Below, piece after piece: positions 59,872 to 64,000 of a stretch of DNA of 64,000 bases. The notes below the pieces were generated by a model. It did no database searches and was not told where the DNA came from. It saw only the letters and a list, made by a program, of their open reading frames with translations. The stretch is from the NCBI GenBank assembly GCA_014191035.1, contig BJGX01000002.1:18813-82812 (forward strand). The letters are read 5' to 3'. Source of the DNA: Candidatus Saccharimonadota bacterium. GTDB lineage: Bacteria > Patescibacteriota > Saccharimonadia > CAILAD01 > BJGX01. How positions within the stretch are numbered: the first letter of the stretch is position 1; each line of letters opens with the position of its first letter. The translations under genes and the position numbers were made by a program.

Positions 59872-62800
59872 ATGTCAGCCACAAACAGCCCTGAAGAAAA
59901 AAACATGGAGAGAAGAATAAAAACTACAAAAGTAGTCTACCCACAACTTTATTCTTATGTCTTGCCAGACTTAACAGCAAATGAAGGTTCTCAAAAAATA
60001 GGCTACACCGAACGTAAAGATGTAGATGAGCGAATTCGCGAACAGACGCAAACGGCAGCAATGAAGTTGCGTTACGACAAACTCTGGAGTGCGCCTTCTT
60101 TTTTTACGAATTCAAATACAGATTTTACAGATAAGATTTTCCATCAGTTTCTGGTTAGAAATGGTGTAGAAAAAAGAGATGATCTGGGAACGGAATGGTT
60201 TTATTTCAACGGCACACCGGAAAAATCAAAACAACTTTTTGATTCATTCAGAAACGAAGGTTATGCCGCTCTCCAAAATAATAATGGTAAAAAACCTTAC
60301 ACCTTAAGAGAAGAACAAGAAGCAGCGGTAAGTCAGGCTATAGAGTATTTTAACAACTATACAAATGGAGAATTCCTGTGGAATGCCAAGCCTAGATTTG
60401 GCAAGACGCTTGCGACTTATGACCTTGCCAAAAGACTAGGGGCTCAAAAGGTGCTTATAGTTACCAATAGGCCAGCAATTGCCAACTCGTGGTTTGATGA
60501 CTTTGAAAATTACATCGAGGATTTTTATTTTATATCCGAAACATCATCACTAGCAGAGAGGGGCACCTTAACCAGAGCGCAGTATGTTGATTCGGACGTT
60601 GAAAAACCACAAATAACTTTCTTGTCACTTCAAGACCTAAAAGGCTCCAGGTTTTTTGGAGGAAAGCATGATAAGTTGAAATGGATTGCTGACCTCGAAT
60701 GGGACTTGCTTGTAATTGATGAGGCGCATGAAGGGGTCGATACTGGTCGCACAGATGCAGCATTCGATGTCGTGAAGCGCAGCCATACTTTGCATCTTTC
60801 AGGTACACCATTCAAGGCACTAGCAAATAATAAATTTCCAAAGGAAGCCATATTTAACTGGACATATTTGGATGAGCAAAAAATAAAGAAATTAGAAATA
60901 TCAGAAAATGAAACTGGTGACCATACTGACCTCCCAGATTTAAAACTTTTCACTTACAGAATATCGCAAATGATAGCTGAACAAGTTAATGAAGGAATAG
61001 AACTAGAAAACGAGTCACGAGATTACGCCTTTGATTTAAATGAATTTTTTGCGACTGAGAACCAAAAATTTGTTCGAGAACAAGACGTTAGACAATTCCT
61101 GAAAAACCTCAGTGCGAATAAAAAATATCCATTTTCTACACCCGAACTTCGAGACGAACTACGCCATACGTTTTGGTACGTAGGCAATCGTGTAGATTCA
61201 GTTAAGGCCCTTGAAAAGTTACTAGCTGATGATGATGTTTTCAAAGATTATAAGGTTGTAGTGGCAGCCGGTGACGGCAAATCATTTGATGAGGAGGAAA
61301 CTGACTTCGGAGCCAATGAAAAGTCATTTGACAAAGTCAAAAAAGCCATTAAAAATCACCCAAAAACAATTACATTATCATGTGGCCAACTAACCACTGG
61401 TGTGACCATAAAAGAATGGAGCGCAGTATTAATGCTTACAGACATTAAATCGACTCCAGTCTATATGCAGGCGGCATTTAGGGCTCAAAATCCTTACAAG
61501 TACTATGAAGACGGCATGCTCAAAGTTAAAGAGTCAGCCTATCTTTTTGATTTCGCACCAATACGTGTATTGGAGATGTATGATGAATTTGCAAATGGAT
61601 TAAACCCTGATGCTACCAATGGCCTGATCACAGAGGAGGACCGCAAAGGTAACATCCGAGAACTGTTAAATTATTTCCCAGTTATATCTGAAGACACTGA
61701 AGGACAAATGGTCGAGCTAGATGCCGAAAAAGTATTGACCTTCCCGAATGCTCTCGCCGCTACCGAAATTGTCCAAGCACGCTTCATGACCAATTTGCTA
61801 TTCAATGACAACATTAAAGGGGTCTTTCATTTTCCTAAAGAAGTCGAAGATATACTCGATAAAATGCCTGTTGAAAAGAACAAGCGTGTTGAAGTGTCCA
61901 AGCAATCACTTGACCTAGAAGATGCACGAAAGGTTGAGCAAGATAAACAAGCTAAAATTAGCGAGAATACTGGCGTCATATTGGGCGAAAAGATTTATCG
62001 AGCCAATATTGATAGAGTTGTAGACAATGTTTTAGATCAAGCAACGCCTGAAGAAACCATAGACATGCTGCCTGAAAAGGTAGAAGCCCTGGTAGAGGCG
62101 CCTATAGCCAAACTAAAAGAACAATATAAGCTAACTGCCACCGAAACAGATGAATTACGCAAAGAAACAGCCGAAAAGATCAAGATTGTTGTATCAGAAT
62201 TTGAAAATAGTGATGATAAAGATCCAGATACTTTAAAACAAAGCCTTGCTAATGTTATTGAACACGATTTGGTGCAGGCAAAAGTGGAGCAACAAGAAAC
62301 CAAAGCCGTAGAAACAGTACAAAAATCTAAAGAAGAAGAGGTGCGCGAACACCTGCGTGCCTTTACTCGCACAATTCCAATGTTCGTAATGGCAAATTCT
62401 TCACGTGATACGATTACTATAGACAACTTTGACGAGCAAATAAGCGATGAAGATTTTATCGACTTAACAAATATTACCAAGGAAGAATTCCATAAGCTCC
62501 GTGACGGTTTTGATTATTCTGATGATAACGGTGAGCGCCAGCACTTTGATGGTGTGTTTCACAAGTACAAGTTCAACGCATCTATAGCAGAATTTGTGTC
62601 TGAAAAACAAAAACGAGCTAACTATTTCGAAACAGATGATGATATTTTTGAATTAATTCCTAATCAAAAGAATAATCAAATATTTACACCCCGCAAAGTT
62701 GTGAAGATGATGATTGATGGGCTCGAGAAAGAACAGCCGGAGCTATTTAAGCGAACCGACAGTACATTTATTGACTTATATATGAAATCAGGCATGTATG

Positions 62801-64000
62801 TAACAGAAATAGTTAAAAAGCTGTTTGCTGGCACTCGGCATAATTACAGCACCGACAAAGAATGCCTCAAGCATATACTAGAGAACCAAGTGTATGGCTT
62901 GGCGCCTACTGGTGTGCTGCATGGCATCACTAAAAGTTATATACTAGGATTTGATGTAGATCATAATATAAGTAGTAGAAACTTTGTGCAACACGACTTA
63001 CTGCCAGAGGCCAAAGCCGGCACTGCAGCACAAAAAATCGCAGATTTATTTAACAATGGAGATATTAATATGAAATTTGATGCAGTTGTAGGTAATCCGC
63101 CTTACCAGGTGGCGCTATCACAAAATAAAATGTCACGTAGCATTTATCCGGACTTTGTGCGAGCCGCGAAAAAAATTTCGGAGACTTTTTCGTTTGTGAT
63201 GCCTGCTCGCTGGATGAGTGGCGAGAATGGGCCTTATCGAGAAACACAAGGATTTGTAGACGAAATGCTAGATGGCAGTCATTTAAAATCATTTACATTA
63301 TTCCCAGATTCTAGTGAGCTATTCAAGGGCGTTGACATAAAAGGAGGTGTTTGTTATTTCGTATGGGACAAAAATTATAGCAAGGATTTAGTGGATTATA
63401 CACTGAGCGAACGAGGTAAAGACGTAACCGCAATTGTTCCATTCAAAATTAGTGACAATATCATCGTGCGTTTTCCGCAACTTACAAATATAGTTCAAAA
63501 AATTTCAAGGAATGCACCTAGTGATTCCATGAAGACACTGGTATCTTCATGGAATCCGTTCGGATTCATTTCAGATTTGTTCGTAAAAAATAATGAGGGC
63601 GTTCGTAGGATTAGCGAAAAGAAAATGGATACTGATGACTATAAGGTTATTGGCCTTTTAAAAGGAAGGCGTGTATACCGCTATATACCGAATGATGAAC
63701 TTAAGAAGAATAGAATTGGCGCTAAGTCATGGAAAGTATTTGTTCCAAGAGCAAATGGTAGTGGAGTATTTGGGGAGGTTTTTAGTACACCGATGCTCGG
63801 TGTACCGATGCTCGTATGCACTGATACTTTTTTACAAGTAGGTGAGTTCGACAATGAATATGAGGCAAATAGCGTATTGACGTATGTAAAAACAAAGTTC
63901 TTCAGGGCAATGGTAGGGGTGAAAAAAACAGCAGTATTTAACTATAAAGATGCTTTTACTTTCGTACCTCAACAGAATTGGACGAATAAATCCGACATAG
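59872..64000 (+). CDS. Fused restriction-modification enzyme: T5orf172/GIY-YIG-like nuclease, SF2 helicase and Eco57I-like N6-adenine MTase (3' end outside window)
   Basis: Single open frame; KIGYT..EWF; AKPRFGKT (~60385), DEAH (~60718), QIFTP, FIDLYMKSG, GNPPY (~63091). Confidence 0.88.
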   Translation, partial: MSATNSPEEKNMERRIKTTKVVYPQLYSYVLPDLTANEGSQKIGYTERKDVDERIREQTQTAAMKLRYDKLWSAPSFFTNSNTDFTDKIFHQFLVRNGVEKRDDLGTEWFYFNGTPEKSKQLFDSFRNEGYAALQNNNGKKPYTLREEQEAAVSQAIEYFNNYTNGEFLWNAKPRFGKTLATYDLAKRLGAQKVLIVTNRPAIANSWFDDFENYIEDFYFISETSSLAERGTLTRAQYVDSDVEKPQITFLSLQDLKGSRFFGGKHDKLKWIADLEWDLLVIDEAHEGVDTGRTDAAFDVVKRSHTLHLSGTPFKALANNKFPKEAIFNWTYLDEQKIKKLEISENETGDHTDLPDLKLFTYRISQMIAEQVNEGIELENESRDYAFDLNEFFATENQKFVREQDVRQFLKNLSANKKYPFSTPELRDELRHTFWYVGNRVDSVKALEKLLADDDVFKDYKVVVAAGDGKSFDEEETDFGANEKSFDKVKKAIKNHPKTITLSCGQLTTGVTIKEWSAVLMLTDIKSTPVYMQAAFRAQNPYKYYEDGMLKVKESAYLFDFAPIRVLEMYDEFANGLNPDATNGLITEEDRKGNIRELLNYFPVISEDTEGQMVELDAEKVLTFPNALAATEIVQARFMTNLLFNDNIKGVFHFPKEVEDILDKMPVEKNKRVEVSKQSLDLEDARKVEQDKQAKISENTGVILGEKIYRANIDRVVDNVLDQATPEETIDMLPEKVEALVEAPIAKLKEQYKLTATETDELRKETAEKIKIVVSEFENSDDKDPDTLKQSLANVIEHDLVQAKVEQQETKAVETVQKSKEEEVREHLRAFTRTIPMFVMANSSRDTITIDNFDEQISDEDFIDLTNITKEEFHKLRDGFDYSDDNGERQHFDGVFHKYKFNASIAEFVSEKQKRANYFETDDDIFELIPNQKNNQIFTPRKVVKMMIDGLEKEQPELFKRTDSTFIDLYMKSGMYVTEIVKKLFAGTRHNYSTDKECLKHILENQVYGLAPTGVLHGITKSYILGFDVDHNISSRNFVQHDLLPEAKAGTAAQKIADLFNNGDINMKFDAVVGNPPYQVALSQNKMSRSIYPDFVRAAKKISETFSFVMPARWMSGENGPYRETQGFVDEMLDGSHLKSFTLFPDSSELFKGVDIKGGVCYFVWDKNYSKDLVDYTLSERGKDVTAIVPFKISDNIIVRFPQLTNIVQKISRNAPSDSMKTLVSSWNPFGFISDLFVKNNEGVRRISEKKMDTDDYKVIGLLKGRRVYRYIPNDELKKNRIGAKSWKVFVPRANGSGVFGEVFSTPMLGVPMLVCTDTFLQVGEFDNEYEANSVLTYVKTKFFRAMVGVKKTAVFNYKDAFTFVPQQNWTNKSDI
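63785..63814. repeat. Overlapping 9 bp inverted repeat and 11 bp direct repeat inside the R-M gene
   Basis: GTACACCGA-TGC-TCGGTGTAC; ACCGATGCTCG at 63789 and 63804. Confidence 0.8.

Noticed and set aside
60530-63292. Minus-strand ORFs in the track
   Set aside because: Antisense shadows of the long plus-strand R-M gene, which the track omits because it has no stop in the window
63070-64000. Separate methyltransferase gene starting at ATG 63070
   Set aside because: It is in frame with the upstream ORF with no stop, and MTase motif I lies upstream of it

Overview
AT-rich bacterial chromosome segment read with genetic code 11 (TGA is a stop). Gene content and style suggest a Patescibacteria/CPR (Saccharibacteria-like) organism; this is inference. 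The left half (1-33.5 kb) is mostly housekeeping and envelope genes: secA 3' end, prfB, ftsEX-CHAP-ctpA, pyrG, rpmA, xseAB, tRNA-Leu(CAA), sortase and an LPxTG protein, murA-mreB-glycosyltransferases, gltX and nrdAB. The right half (33.7-64 kb) is accessory: SDRs, idi, an ABC exporter, tgt, two K+ channels, TspO-heliorhodopsin-7TM, cytochrome b5 with a ferric-reductase-like protein, pirin, GGDEF, a DUF2779-like nuclease, MFS, a sorbosone-dehydrogenase-like protein, and a >1370 aa nuclease-helicase-methyltransferase R-M fusion that runs off the end. Main observations: (i) a stand-alone FtsK-gamma-like gene coupled to a degenerate FtsK-motor-like gene directly upstream of the R-M fusion; (ii) two expression architectures, with many conserved genes looking leaderless while scattered, often GC-richer orphan genes carry -35/17/-10 promoters, SD sites and usually their own terminator; (iii) a candidate ~170 nt structured sRNA with an anti-SD-like loop; (iv) pyrG has no canonical start and probably uses ATA; (v) a palindrome plus direct repeat inside the R-M specificity region. 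All family calls come from motif recognition by eye; no searches were run. No CRISPR array, IS or integrase was seen.
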